The notes below the pieces were generated by a model, which was not told the DNA's origin, made no database searches, and saw only the letters and a program-made list of their open reading frames with translations. A DNA stretch of 64,000 bases from the NCBI GenBank assembly GCA_044376115.1, contig JBILLK010000004.1, positions 352,001 to 416,000 on the forward strand. Direction: 5' to 3'. Numbering within the stretch: the first letter of the stretch is position 1; every line of letters starts with the position of its first letter. The position numbers were made by a program, and so were the translations under genes. Origin of the DNA: Polyangiaceae bacterium. GTDB taxonomy: Bacteria; Myxococcota_A; Polyangia; Polyangiales; Polyangiaceae. Positions 22,655 to 31,746 of this stretch are shown here, one piece after another.

Positions 22655-23410
22655 ATGCCCCCTACCATTCTCTTCGACAACGGAACGCACAAGAATGTCC
22701 TGCTCGAGGACGTCTCCTCGGGGTTGGCCGTGCAGGCCAACCAACACGTGATCGTCGACGGCGCCTCCGGGATGATCCTCGACCCGGGAGGGCACAAGGT
22801 CTACTCGAAGGTGTTGGCCGGCACGATGACCCAGCTTGGCCGCGCCAAGCTCGAGAAGATCTTCCTCTCCCATCAAGATCCCGACATCGTCGCGGCGACC
22901 AACGGCTGGCTGATGACCACCGACGCGATGGCGTACGTGTCCAAACTCTGGATCCGCTTCGTGCCGCACTTTGGCTTGGATCATCTGGTGCAAGATCGAC
23001 TCTTGCCCATCCCCGACCAGGGCATGCGCCTGCCACTCGGCAACGCCGAGATGCTCCTCTTGCAAGCGCATTTCCTCCACTCGTGCGGCAACTTCCATCT
23101 CTATGACCCGGTCTCGAAGATCCTCTACAGCGGGGATCTCGGCGCCTCGATCGGCGGCGAGACGCTCGAGGTCGCAGACTTCGACGCGCACCTTCCCTCG
23201 ATGGAAGGCTTCCACAAGCGCTACATGGCGGGCAGCCGAGCGCTGCGAGCGTGGGTCAAGATGGTGCGCAAGCTGGACGTCCAGATCATCGCTCCGCAAC
23301 ACGGCGCGCTGTTTCGCGGGCCGGCCATGGTCGAGCGCTTCCTCTCCTGGTGTGAGTCGCTGCAATGCGGAATGGACCTATTGGATGATGAACTCCAACT
23401 CCCCGCCTGA
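22655..23410 (+). CDS. Stand-alone metallo-beta-lactamase-fold di-iron protein, ODP-like
   Basis: VQANQ, LDPGG, SHQDPD, AHFLHS.GNF, SGDLGAS, FHKRYM, IAPQHG; no flavodoxin domain. Confidence 0.85.
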   Translation: MPPTILFDNGTHKNVLLEDVSSGLAVQANQHVIVDGASGMILDPGGHKVYSKVLAGTMTQLGRAKLEKIFLSHQDPDIVAATNGWLMTTDAMAYVSKLWIRFVPHFGLDHLVQDRLLPIPDQGMRLPLGNAEMLLLQAHFLHSCGNFHLYDPVSKILYSGDLGASIGGETLEVADFDAHLPSMEGFHKRYMAGSRALRAWVKMVRKLDVQIIAPQHGALFRGPAMVERFLSWCESLQCGMDLLDDELQLPA

Positions 23411-24440
23411 AGGTCGCTCGGCGGGCAGCCCGCACGTGGTGCTGATCGTCGAGGACGAACCGGTGCTGCGTGCGTCGATGGTGCGCGGACTCTCCAAGTT
23501 GCCTGGCATCGAGGTGCTCGACGCAGGCACGGTCAAGGACGCCAAGGTGCTGATGGCGGCCTACCCTCCGGCGCTGATCGTCTCCGACTTGGATCTACCG
23601 GATGGTTCCGGCGTGGAGATCGCCGCAGAGGTGGACCGCGCCGGTACGCGCGTGCCGGTGGTGTTCGTGACGGCGTACTTGAACCGCTACCGCGCGCGCT
23701 TGCCGGAGCGCGCGGGCATCGAGGTACACGAAAAGCCGATCGCGCTCGACCGGTTGCGACACATGGTGCTGACCAAGCTGGGAGCGATCGAGGCGGACGC
23801 CCAGCCGTTCAGCGTGATCGACTACGTGCAGCTCGCTGGCCTGGGCCGGCGCTCCGTCGTGCTCGACGTCCGCGGTCATGTGGCGGGCACTGGCCGAATC
23901 GTCGTGCGCCAAGGAGAGATTTGGTCGGCCTACGATGAGAAGGGCGAAGGGCTGGACGCCTTTCGCAGGCTGGCCTTCCTACGCAACGCGCACGTCTCCT
24001 GCAAAACCTTGGCGTCCTCCGATGAGAGCGAGCGCAACCTCGAGGGCAACTACGAGAACATCCTGCTCGAGATCGCCCAGCAGTTCGATGAATCGCGCCG
24101 CGATACGGCCTCTTGGCGGCCTTCTTCGCCCGCGGCCCCCGAGTTCGCGTTGCGCCCGCCGACCCACCAGCGCACGCACAGCGGGACCCAACTCCACGCC
24201 GCCGATCCACTCGAGACCGGTTGGGACGACGTGATCCCCGAGCCGCACAAGAGCGCAGTCCAACCTGCGGTGAAGAGCCTCAGCTTCGAGGAGCTTTACG
24301 ACCTGGGCGTCGACGCTCTCTTGGCGAAAAAACACAGCGAAGCCTACCGCCACTTCGAGGCGGCGAGCCGCCTCAAGCCCGAAGATCCGAGCGTCGTAGC
24401 GAACCTGAAGCGACTGCGCGACATGGGGTACGCGGCATGA
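23388..24440 (+). CDS. Response regulator: receiver, DUF4388/PATAN-like domain, C-terminal TPR-like helix pair
   Basis: VLIVEDE, VSDLDLPDGSG, FVTAY, EKP; FSVIDYVQL..GRIVVRQGEIWSA..GLDAFRRL..ILLEIAQQFDE; A.RHFEAASRLKPED..V.ANL. Confidence 0.85.
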   Translation: MNSNSPPEGRSAGSPHVVLIVEDEPVLRASMVRGLSKLPGIEVLDAGTVKDAKVLMAAYPPALIVSDLDLPDGSGVEIAAEVDRAGTRVPVVFVTAYLNRYRARLPERAGIEVHEKPIALDRLRHMVLTKLGAIEADAQPFSVIDYVQLAGLGRRSVVLDVRGHVAGTGRIVVRQGEIWSAYDEKGEGLDAFRRLAFLRNAHVSCKTLASSDESERNLEGNYENILLEIAQQFDESRRDTASWRPSSPAAPEFALRPPTHQRTHSGTQLHAADPLETGWDDVIPEPHKSAVQPAVKSLSFEELYDLGVDALLAKKHSEAYRHFEAASRLKPEDPSVVANLKRLRDMGYAA

Positions 24441-25117
24441 ACCGCAGCACGCAGTTCGCGACCGTACCCGGCGAAGACGCGCCGATGTTGCTGCCGCTCG
24501 GACTTACGCTGCTGGCGGCCGTGTTCGCCGGCGTAGCGGTGAGCGTTTGGTCGACCGCAGCGCCGGCTGCAAACGAGGAGCGGCCCACCTCCGCGGTCGC
24601 GACGGTGAGCGAGCCGACGGCCGCAACGCCCCTGCGACCTTCGGCGGCAACGAGCGCTGCCCCGGCTCTGAACGCTCTCCCGGCTCAAAGCGCCAGCCCG
24701 CAAGCTTCGCCCACTCCCGTCGCAGCGCAAGCCACGCCCGCGGTGAAACCGCACTGTGAGCCGCTCTTGGTGGACTTCCCGAGCGGGTCGGCCACGCCCT
24801 CGCAGGCCGCGGCTGAGCAGCTACGAAAGCGCGCGGCCTTCGTGATGGCCGAGCCCGACGTAAGCATCGTGATCGATGGCCACTCCGACTCGCTCGGCAG
24901 CGACGAACTGAACCTGCGGCTCTCCAAACGCCGAGCCGAGGCCCTCGCCTGGGTGCTTGAGAACGCCGGCGTTCCGCGCGCCCGCATCACCTCGCGTGGC
25001 TTTGGTGCGTTTTTACCGATTGAAGGCGCCGTTGAAGCGGCCGACATCAATCGCCGCGGAGTGATCCACTTCCGGGGTGGCTGTCCCAACGATCTCGTAC
25101 GGAAGGTTGAACCTTGA
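24437..25117 (+). CDS. Membrane-anchored OmpA/MotB-like peptidoglycan-binding protein
   Basis: N-terminal TM, Pro/Ala linker, IDGHSDSLG..NLRLSKRRA..GFG..NRR. Confidence 0.88.
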   Translation: MNRSTQFATVPGEDAPMLLPLGLTLLAAVFAGVAVSVWSTAAPAANEERPTSAVATVSEPTAATPLRPSAATSAAPALNALPAQSASPQASPTPVAAQATPAVKPHCEPLLVDFPSGSATPSQAAAEQLRKRAAFVMAEPDVSIVIDGHSDSLGSDELNLRLSKRRAEALAWVLENAGVPRARITSRGFGAFLPIEGAVEAADINRRGVIHFRGGCPNDLVRKVEP

Positions 25118-26031
25118 TGCTCGTCGCTTCGTTGATTGCAATGGGTTCGGGGCTCTCGGCGGTTGCAGCCGGGTACCTCTTTGGTGCGCGGCGTGGAGTC
25201 GCAGCTCGACACGAACTCCGGCAGCAGTGTCACGGGCTCGAGCGCGAGCTCGAGGAGCTGCGTTCGCTGGCCGCCAGCGCGCCGGAGGCACGCAAAGAAG
25301 CAGAGGCCCTGCGCGGCGAACTCACGGCGCTTGGCCTGCGTTTGGAGGCTCAAGAGCAACATCGCTCGCAGGCGCTGCACGAGGAGCTGCGTTCGCTCAG
25401 CCAGCTCGTGCGCGAACGTGAACTCGACGAGCAAAAGCTCCGTCAGCTTTTGGAGGCACGCTTCGCCGCGTTGCAAGAGCGCTCGGCCAAGCCGGAGGAT
25501 CTGAGCAAAGAGCTGCGCAAGCTGATGGCGCCGGTACTGGAGCGGGAGAGCGAGACCCGCGGCCTGCGCGAGATGGTGCAGAAGGTGATGAGCCCAGTGC
25601 TCGAGCGCGAGCGGATCGGCCGAGATCTGGCGCGCGTCGAGCTCTCCGCCGATCATCTCGAGCTGCCCAAGGTACTGGAGGCGATCGCGCAAAACGGCGG
25701 ATTTTCCGCGGTGGTATTGAGTGATAGCGCCGGTCTCCCGCTCGCGGCCAGCCTCGGGACACAGAACGTCGACGAACTCGCCGGCAGCTCCTCGCTGGTC
25801 TTTACGCTGGCCGAACGCGCTCAACGGGAGGGACAAGCGCCGGTGGTCGCGCTCATCCTTCACCACGCGGACAACCAACTGGTGCTTCACCGCATCTTCG
25901 ATCTGCGCGACTGCAAGCTGATGCTCACCGCTGTAACGCGGGGCCGAGCGCTCGCCCCGGACGCGCTCGATCCAGCCTTGGGCTCAGTGGAGCGCGCCCT
26001 GGCTCAGCGCGGTGGCAGTCGAGCGGCCTGA
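25117..26031 (+). CDS. Membrane-anchored coiled-coil protein with C-terminal roadblock-like domain
   Basis: N-terminal TM (..VAAGYLFG), ~150 aa E/L/R-rich coiled coil, GFSAVVLSDSAGLPLAAS..VDELAG; TGATG overlap. Confidence 0.75.
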   Translation: MLVASLIAMGSGLSAVAAGYLFGARRGVAARHELRQQCHGLERELEELRSLAASAPEARKEAEALRGELTALGLRLEAQEQHRSQALHEELRSLSQLVRERELDEQKLRQLLEARFAALQERSAKPEDLSKELRKLMAPVLERESETRGLREMVQKVMSPVLERERIGRDLARVELSADHLELPKVLEAIAQNGGFSAVVLSDSAGLPLAASLGTQNVDELAGSSSLVFTLAERAQREGQAPVVALILHHADNQLVLHRIFDLRDCKLMLTAVTRGRALAPDALDPALGSVERALAQRGGSRAA

Positions 26032-26074
26032 CCCGACTTGACCGTAGTGAACGGGGCACCGAGACTGCTGCCTC

Positions 26075-26947
26075 ATGGGCGATGAAGCCTTCGCCAACTC
26101 GTTGCTACCGCGGCTGCTCGCCCTCGGGGAGGGCCCGTACCTCATCGTCGCGGTGGTGCTGCTCATCGCGCTCGAAGCGCTGGCGTCCCGCATGCTCGGG
26201 CGGGGGATCGATGTCCGCGAAGAGGCAACATCCTACGGCATCGGCTTGGGCTACTTCGTGATCACGGTTCTCGGAACCAAGCTGCTGTTCCTCGGCGCCT
26301 ACGTCTACGTCCATCAGCACTATCGGCTCATGACGTGGTCCGTTGCCTCGCCGCTCTCATGGCTCGTGCTGCTGTTGATTGGAGACTTCGTCTACTACTG
26401 GGTACACCGAATGGAGCACGAGGTCCGGTTCTTCTGGGCGACCCATGAGAATCACCATTCGAGTCGCACCTACACGTTCGGCACCGCCGTTCGCATGCCT
26501 TGGGGAGAGGTGCTCTACCATCCAATCATCGGCTTCTGGGCACCGCTCTTCGGCTTCGACCCGATCATGCTGGCGCCGCTCGGAGCCTTCAATCTCGTGT
26601 GCGGGCTGCTCCAACACACCGAGCTCGTCGGCAAATTGGGGCCGCTCGAGTGGGTGTTCGGGACGCCCTCCCACCATCGCGTTCACCACGGCAGCGACGC
26701 GAAGTACCTGGATTGCAACTACGGCGCGCGCCTCATTATCTGGGACCGCCTTTTCGGCACATTTCGCGAAGAAGACGAAAGACCGCGCTACGGCCTCACG
26801 AAGGACGTCGACTCCTACAACCCGCTCCGCATCTTGTGGCATGGCTACGGCGCGCTTTGGGCTGATGTTTGGAAGGCGAGAAGCCTCCGCGGGGCGATGC
26901 GCGTGCTGCTGAAGCCGCCGTCCTGTTCGCCCCATGAGGAGGATTGA
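26075..26947 (+). CDS. Sterol desaturase / fatty acid hydroxylase family (alkylglycerol monooxygenase-like)
   Basis: His boxes YYWVHRMEH, HENHH, HHRVHH, NYG..IWDRLFGT. Confidence 0.9.
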   Translation: MGDEAFANSLLPRLLALGEGPYLIVAVVLLIALEALASRMLGRGIDVREEATSYGIGLGYFVITVLGTKLLFLGAYVYVHQHYRLMTWSVASPLSWLVLLLIGDFVYYWVHRMEHEVRFFWATHENHHSSRTYTFGTAVRMPWGEVLYHPIIGFWAPLFGFDPIMLAPLGAFNLVCGLLQHTELVGKLGPLEWVFGTPSHHRVHHGSDAKYLDCNYGARLIIWDRLFGTFREEDERPRYGLTKDVDSYNPLRILWHGYGALWADVWKARSLRGAMRVLLKPPSCSPHEED

Positions 26948-27063
26948 GCGCCCTCAGCGGTAGTTGCTTAGAATCTCGTCGTTCAACTGCTGCGTCTTGC
27001 GCAACCGCAACACGCGACGCGCGGTCATCTCGGCGGGGACCTCACCACCTTCCGTCGCGATTC

Positions 27064-27498
27064 TCAGCGCCCGTACACCGCCACGCGGGCGCGCCCGCCG
27101 CCGGGGAGGTTGCCATAGCGGAAGTCGATGCGCTGAATGTTGCGCGCTCCACCCGGGAGGTCGATCACCCGGCTGCGGCTGTTTTGGTCGAAAACTTGGC
27201 GGGTGGGCGGCGAGAAGGTGCTGCCATCGCCGAAGGTCACCACCACGTTGTCCATCGCCAAGGAGCTGCCCTCCACCACGATCACGATCTGCCGAAAGCG
27301 ACCTTGGTTGGCCGCACCGATCACGTCGCGATCCGAACGGCCATCCACCCAGCGTTCGCCCAAGAGCTCGCCTTCTTGGCGAGCGCCCTGACCTGCGCCC
27401 TGCCCACCACCGCGGCCTCCACCACCAGCTCGGACAGTGCATCCGGGAACAACGGCGAAGAGAACAGCGCACAGCACAGCAGTATTGATTCGGTTCAT
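27064..27498 (-). CDS. Small lipoprotein (DUF2541/YaaI-like beta domain)
   Basis: AGGAG RBS; VVPGC lipobox; LLGERWV..DRDVI..VVVTFGDG..SRVIDLPG..IQRIDFRY. Confidence 0.7.
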   Translation of the reverse strand: MNRINTAVLCAVLFAVVPGCTVRAGGGGRGGGQGAGQGARQEGELLGERWVDGRSDRDVIGAANQGRFRQIVIVVEGSSLAMDNVVVTFGDGSTFSPPTRQVFDQNSRSRVIDLPGGARNIQRIDFRYGNLPGGGRARVAVYGR

Positions 27499-27698
27499 AT
27501 CGGCTCCTTGCGGCGAGCTCAAGCGAGCGCCGTGCCAAGCGCCGTGGGTCCGCCCAGAGCGAGCTTTCTGCGCCGATTGTGGCTTTCTTAGCGCTAAACC
27601 GCGCACGACATTGCTCGCCCTCAGGCCGCGCACCGCCCGCAGCTGCGGAGCAGCGATGCGGAGCAGACGCCGCAGGCCGCTTCACCTAGCCTGGCCTG

Positions 27699-29276
27699 AT
27701 GGCACGACGTAACGTTCGTCCGCTGGCGCTGGCCTCGGCGCTGCTGCTTGGATGCACCGGGGAGATCGGCGTTGGCGATTCGGATCCGCCCGCTCCGCAG
27801 CCGCAGCCGCAATGCACCACGCTCGCAAGCCCCGGCGCGCCGGTGCCGATGCGCAGGCTGACCGCGCTGCAGGTGGAGCGCAGCGCACGCGACGCGCTCG
27901 GGGTCGCAACGCCCGTCGCCGTCTCCGACGAGACGCTGTTCGCCTTTCGCAGCAACATCTCGAGCGCCGTCGACTTCGTCGGGGCCTTCGGTTACCTGAC
28001 CTTCGCCGAACAGACGGTCGCCGCCGCCGACCTCTCGGCGTGCGAAAGTGAGGGCCCGGCTTGCGCGAGCTGGTTGTTCGAAGACGTAGCGCCGCGGCTC
28101 TTTCGACGACCCCTGAGCGAGGCCGAGCTGGCGCGATACCAAACGCTGTACGCCGCTGGCGTTGCCGCCGAAGGCCCGCGCGAGGGTGCACGTTGGGCGC
28201 TGGAGGCGATGCTGCAAAGCCCGACCTTCCTCTACCTGGACGAGGTGACGCGCGACGACGGTTACCTCGACGGCCCGAGCATCGCTTCGCGTTTGGCCTT
28301 CACGCTTTGGGGTTCTTCACCCGATGCGGAGTTGCTCGCCAAGGCTACCGCTGGAGAGCTCGATACAGCGGAGGGCGTACGCACCGAGGCCGAACGCATG
28401 CTCGAAGATCCGCGCAGCATCGGTGGCCTCACCGACTTCGTCGACCAGTGGTTGCGCCTGTCCAAGCTGAACGATCCCGACGCGAGGCCGGATTTGGAGG
28501 CGCTCGGCGCAGAGACGCTGGCCGCTATGCGCGCCGAACCGGTGCAGCTCTTTCGCCTGTTGCTCGAGGAAGACGCAGACGTCGCGACCTTGCTCACGAT
28601 CAGCAAGACAGCCGCCGATCCGAACATGGCGGCGCTCTACGCTAGCGACATCCTCAGCGAAGCCGATGGCACCTTCACCCTCGATCCCGAGCGGCGCGCC
28701 GGCCTGCTCAGCTTGCCCGGCGTGATGGCGGCGCTCTCCCACGCCGAGGCGACCTCCCCCACCCTGCGCGGCTTCGCCGTGCTGTCGAACTTTCTGTGCA
28801 CGCCGCCACCTCCACCGCCCGCCGGGGTGAGCGTGACCTTGCCCGACATCGGCGAAGGCAAGACCACGCGCGAGCGTTTGGAGGCGCACTTCAGCGATCC
28901 GACTTGCGCGGCTTGTCACGCGCCGATGGACGGCATCGGCTTCGCGTTCGAGGGGCTCGATTGGCTCGGCCGCAGCCGCGATCAAGAGTTCGGCAAGCCG
29001 ATCGACGACAGCTCGACCTTCCCGCTCGACAACGTGGAGGTCACGGTCGAAGGCGTGTCCGGGCTGGCCAATGAAATGGCGACGAGCCCTGGCGTTGGCG
29101 AGTGTGTAGCGCGGCAGTGGTTGAGCTACGGCGCCGGCGTTCCCGACAAAGCCGAGGCTGCCTGTTTGGTGGACGCGCTCGCGACGGACCTCACCCAGCC
29201 GGGCGGATTACGCGCCATGATCCTCGGCTTCGTCAGCTCGGATTGGTATCGCCGCGGACCTGGAGCAGAACAATGA
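27699..29276 (+). CDS. DUF1595/DUF1592/DUF1588-type lipoprotein with CxxCH
   Basis: PMRRLT, RLFRRPL, MLQSPTFLY, IASRLAFTLW, RAGLL, TSPTLRG, TTRER..H..CAACH..DGIGFAFE. Confidence 0.88.
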   Translation: MARRNVRPLALASALLLGCTGEIGVGDSDPPAPQPQPQCTTLASPGAPVPMRRLTALQVERSARDALGVATPVAVSDETLFAFRSNISSAVDFVGAFGYLTFAEQTVAAADLSACESEGPACASWLFEDVAPRLFRRPLSEAELARYQTLYAAGVAAEGPREGARWALEAMLQSPTFLYLDEVTRDDGYLDGPSIASRLAFTLWGSSPDAELLAKATAGELDTAEGVRTEAERMLEDPRSIGGLTDFVDQWLRLSKLNDPDARPDLEALGAETLAAMRAEPVQLFRLLLEEDADVATLLTISKTAADPNMAALYASDILSEADGTFTLDPERRAGLLSLPGVMAALSHAEATSPTLRGFAVLSNFLCTPPPPPPAGVSVTLPDIGEGKTTRERLEAHFSDPTCAACHAPMDGIGFAFEGLDWLGRSRDQEFGKPIDDSSTFPLDNVEVTVEGVSGLANEMATSPGVGECVARQWLSYGAGVPDKAEAACLVDALATDLTQPGGLRAMILGFVSSDWYRRGPGAEQ

Positions 29277-30601
29277 GTCGTTCAATTCGTATGCCCTCAC
29301 GACGTACGCTCCTACGCGCTGGGCTCGGTAGTGGAGCGTTGGCGGCCGCAGGCAGCGCGCTCGGCCTCTTCCCCTGGCTGGGAGCGGCCAAAGCCGCAGC
29401 GGTTCCGCCGCGACTGCTGCTCTTCTTCACGCCGCACGGCACCGTGTGGGATCAGTGGCGGCCCAGCGGTAGCGAGACCAATTTCACCCTCTCGCCGATC
29501 CTCGATCCGCTCGCGGCGCACAAGGATCGGCTGGTGATCGTGGACGGCGTCGAGCTCGTCACCGGCACCTCGTATTACATCCCGCACACTTACACGATGC
29601 CGCTCTTGTGGACCGGCTCACCGATCGACACCGCGTCGACGTTGTTCTGCCGCGAGGACCATATGCAGTGTTTCGGTTGGAACACCGCACCTTCGGTGGA
29701 CCAAGTGATCGCAGCGAACTTGGGCGGCACGCCCACGCCGTACAACACGATCGAGCTCGGCGTCGGTTGTGGTGGTTTGCACCCCGCGACGCGCATGATC
29801 TACAGCGCCGCCGCCGAGCCGCGCAGCCCGCTCGATTCGCCGGAGGCGGCCTTTGCCACGCTGTTCGCCGGCATCAGCCAGGATCAGGAACAAGCGGCGA
29901 AAGACGCTCTTCGGCGCAAGAGCGTGCTTGATACGGCGCTCGAAGACTTCGGCTCGCGGCGCGCCAAGCTGACGCCCGCCGACAAGAGCCGGCTCGACGC
30001 CCACGCCGACGCCATTCGCGAAGTGGAGCTCGCGCTGACGGCGGTCTGTTCACCGCCTGCCGCGCCCATCGACGTGAACAGCGAGACGGCGATCGATCGG
30101 CAGTCGGATTTGCTCACGGCGGCCTTCGCCTGCGGGCTCACGCGCGTCGCCAGCCTTCAGGTGCGCATCGCCGACAACGACAACACGCTCTACCCCTGGC
30201 TCGGTCTCAATGCCGGCGGTCACCACACGATGAGCCATGATTCGGGCCCCGCCGCACAGGCGCAGCTCGCGCAGGTGTATCGCTGGTACGCCCAACGCTT
30301 CGCCTACCTTTTGGATCGGCTGGCCGCCACGCCTGACGCCGACGGCCGCAGCGTGCTCGACAATACGGTGATCATCTGGGGCTCCGAGCTCGGACGCGCG
30401 TGGGACCACGACATCAGCAACGTGCCCTTCCTGTTTGCAGGCTCCACCGACATCCTGCGCGGCGGGCGCTATCTCTCCGGCAGCAAGCTCTCGCACAATC
30501 GCGTGCTCGTCACCGCGATGCACGCGATGGGCCTCACCGAAACCGAGCAGTTTGGTTCGCTCGATCAAGGCGCCGGGCCGCTCCCCGGCGTGCTCGTCTA
30601 G
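29273..30601 (+). CDS. DUF1552 family protein with Tat signal
   Basis: SRRTLLR leader, RLLLFFTPHG, LSPILDPL, SVDQVIA, RKSVLD, AFACGLTRV, HHTMSH, VLDNT. Confidence 0.88.
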   Translation: MSRSIRMPSRRTLLRAGLGSGALAAAGSALGLFPWLGAAKAAAVPPRLLLFFTPHGTVWDQWRPSGSETNFTLSPILDPLAAHKDRLVIVDGVELVTGTSYYIPHTYTMPLLWTGSPIDTASTLFCREDHMQCFGWNTAPSVDQVIAANLGGTPTPYNTIELGVGCGGLHPATRMIYSAAAEPRSPLDSPEAAFATLFAGISQDQEQAAKDALRRKSVLDTALEDFGSRRAKLTPADKSRLDAHADAIREVELALTAVCSPPAAPIDVNSETAIDRQSDLLTAAFACGLTRVASLQVRIADNDNTLYPWLGLNAGGHHTMSHDSGPAAQAQLAQVYRWYAQRFAYLLDRLAATPDADGRSVLDNTVIIWGSELGRAWDHDISNVPFLFAGSTDILRGGRYLSGSKLSHNRVLVTAMHAMGLTETEQFGSLDQGAGPLPGVLV

Positions 30602-30610
30602 CCGACCGCG

Positions 30611-31618
30611 CTAGTTGCACTCACAGTCGCTGGGCGGCGTCCAGACGCCCATCCACGGCAGCGCTCGCTCGCTGTTGACGCAGCTCTTGGCGTAACAAGC
30701 CTTGTTTCCCCCGCAGGCGCCCGGGGCTTTGGTGTCGCAGGTGAGCGTGCCAACCGAGGGGGACATGCGAGTGCAATACGTCTCGATCGAATGCTCGATC
30801 TCGCCGTAAACATGGGCACAAACCTCGTTCTCCGCGCAGTCGCTGTGTCGCGTGCACTCGTAGCGATGGTCCGCTTTCACCGCTAGGAACTGCTTGCTAC
30901 CGCTCGCCACGCACGTGGCGCCCGCCGGCGAAACGGCGCAGATCGGCTTGTCGAGCGGGCATTTGCGTCCGCCCACGCAGCTCGCCGGCCGCACCGGCCG
31001 GTTGACCATGCAGATGCCCAAGCCGGTAGCGTCCTTCGAGCACTCCCCTTTGGAGCAAGGCCCGCCGCCTTCGGCGCAACGCTCGTATTCGCACTCGGAT
31101 TCGGCGTCGGCTGCGGCCACGCACACCGCCGACTCGCTGACGTTTCGATTCAAACGCCGACAACAGACGTTGGCCGCAGGGCAATCGGAAGCGTCGTCGC
31201 ATTCGATGCCAACGGCGCCGTCGAGATCGCCGACCGGCGTTTTCCGTTCCATGCAAGCGAGGCCCAAGACGAGTGAAGCGTAGTCGCAACGCTCTTCCGA
31301 AGCGTCGCAGCGCACCCTACCGCAGGCGACCGTCCCCACCGTCGAACCAGGTACCGGAGCGTCGGTCTCGGGCACGTTTGGAAAGATGGTTGGAACGGCG
31401 CGCGCTCGGGCGCTCGGAACGGCCGCGGCAGCCGAGCTCCGCGCCACCGCGGACGAAGACGCCGCTGCGGCCGACGACGCGGCTGCGCTCGCGCTCAGAC
31501 TTGGAGCTGAGACCACGCTCGGTGCAGTCGCCAGCGGAGTTGGCTCACCGCAAGCCGACGCAAGGCAAGCAGACGCAACAAAGAAGATAGCCCCAACGCG
31601 CAATGCTCCCCAACCCAT
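30611..31618 (-). CDS. Cysteine-rich lipoprotein
   Basis: Leader ..CLASAC, Ala/Ser linker, many Cys (CDDASDC, CTRHSDC); start chosen at ATG 31618. Confidence 0.7.
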   Translation of the reverse strand: MGWGALRVGAIFFVASACLASACGEPTPLATAPSVVSAPSLSASAAASSAAAASSSAVARSSAAAAVPSARARAVPTIFPNVPETDAPVPGSTVGTVACGRVRCDASEERCDYASLVLGLACMERKTPVGDLDGAVGIECDDASDCPAANVCCRRLNRNVSESAVCVAAADAESECEYERCAEGGGPCSKGECSKDATGLGICMVNRPVRPASCVGGRKCPLDKPICAVSPAGATCVASGSKQFLAVKADHRYECTRHSDCAENEVCAHVYGEIEHSIETYCTRMSPSVGTLTCDTKAPGACGGNKACYAKSCVNSERALPWMGVWTPPSDCECN

Positions 31619-31746
31619 CGCAGCGGCGTAGCAAGCAGCCTCGAGCATCGTCAATAGCGCCGGCACCGGATCGCCTGGAGCGACGAGCATCAACCTTCGG
31701 TTGAATAAAGTTGAGCCGTGAACGCGGGTTGCTGCCACTGACCAGG

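Noticed and set aside
22655..23410. Beta-lactamase or flavodiiron protein FprA
   Set aside because: HQDPD rather than HxHxDH, no signal peptide and no flavodoxin domain; fits ODP better
24437..26031. Zorya ZorAB or MotAB stator (OmpA-domain protein next to a coiled-coil membrane protein)
   Set aside because: The partner has a single TM rather than a MotA/ZorA multi-TM core, no Asp is seen in the OmpA protein's TM, and zorC/D/E are absent
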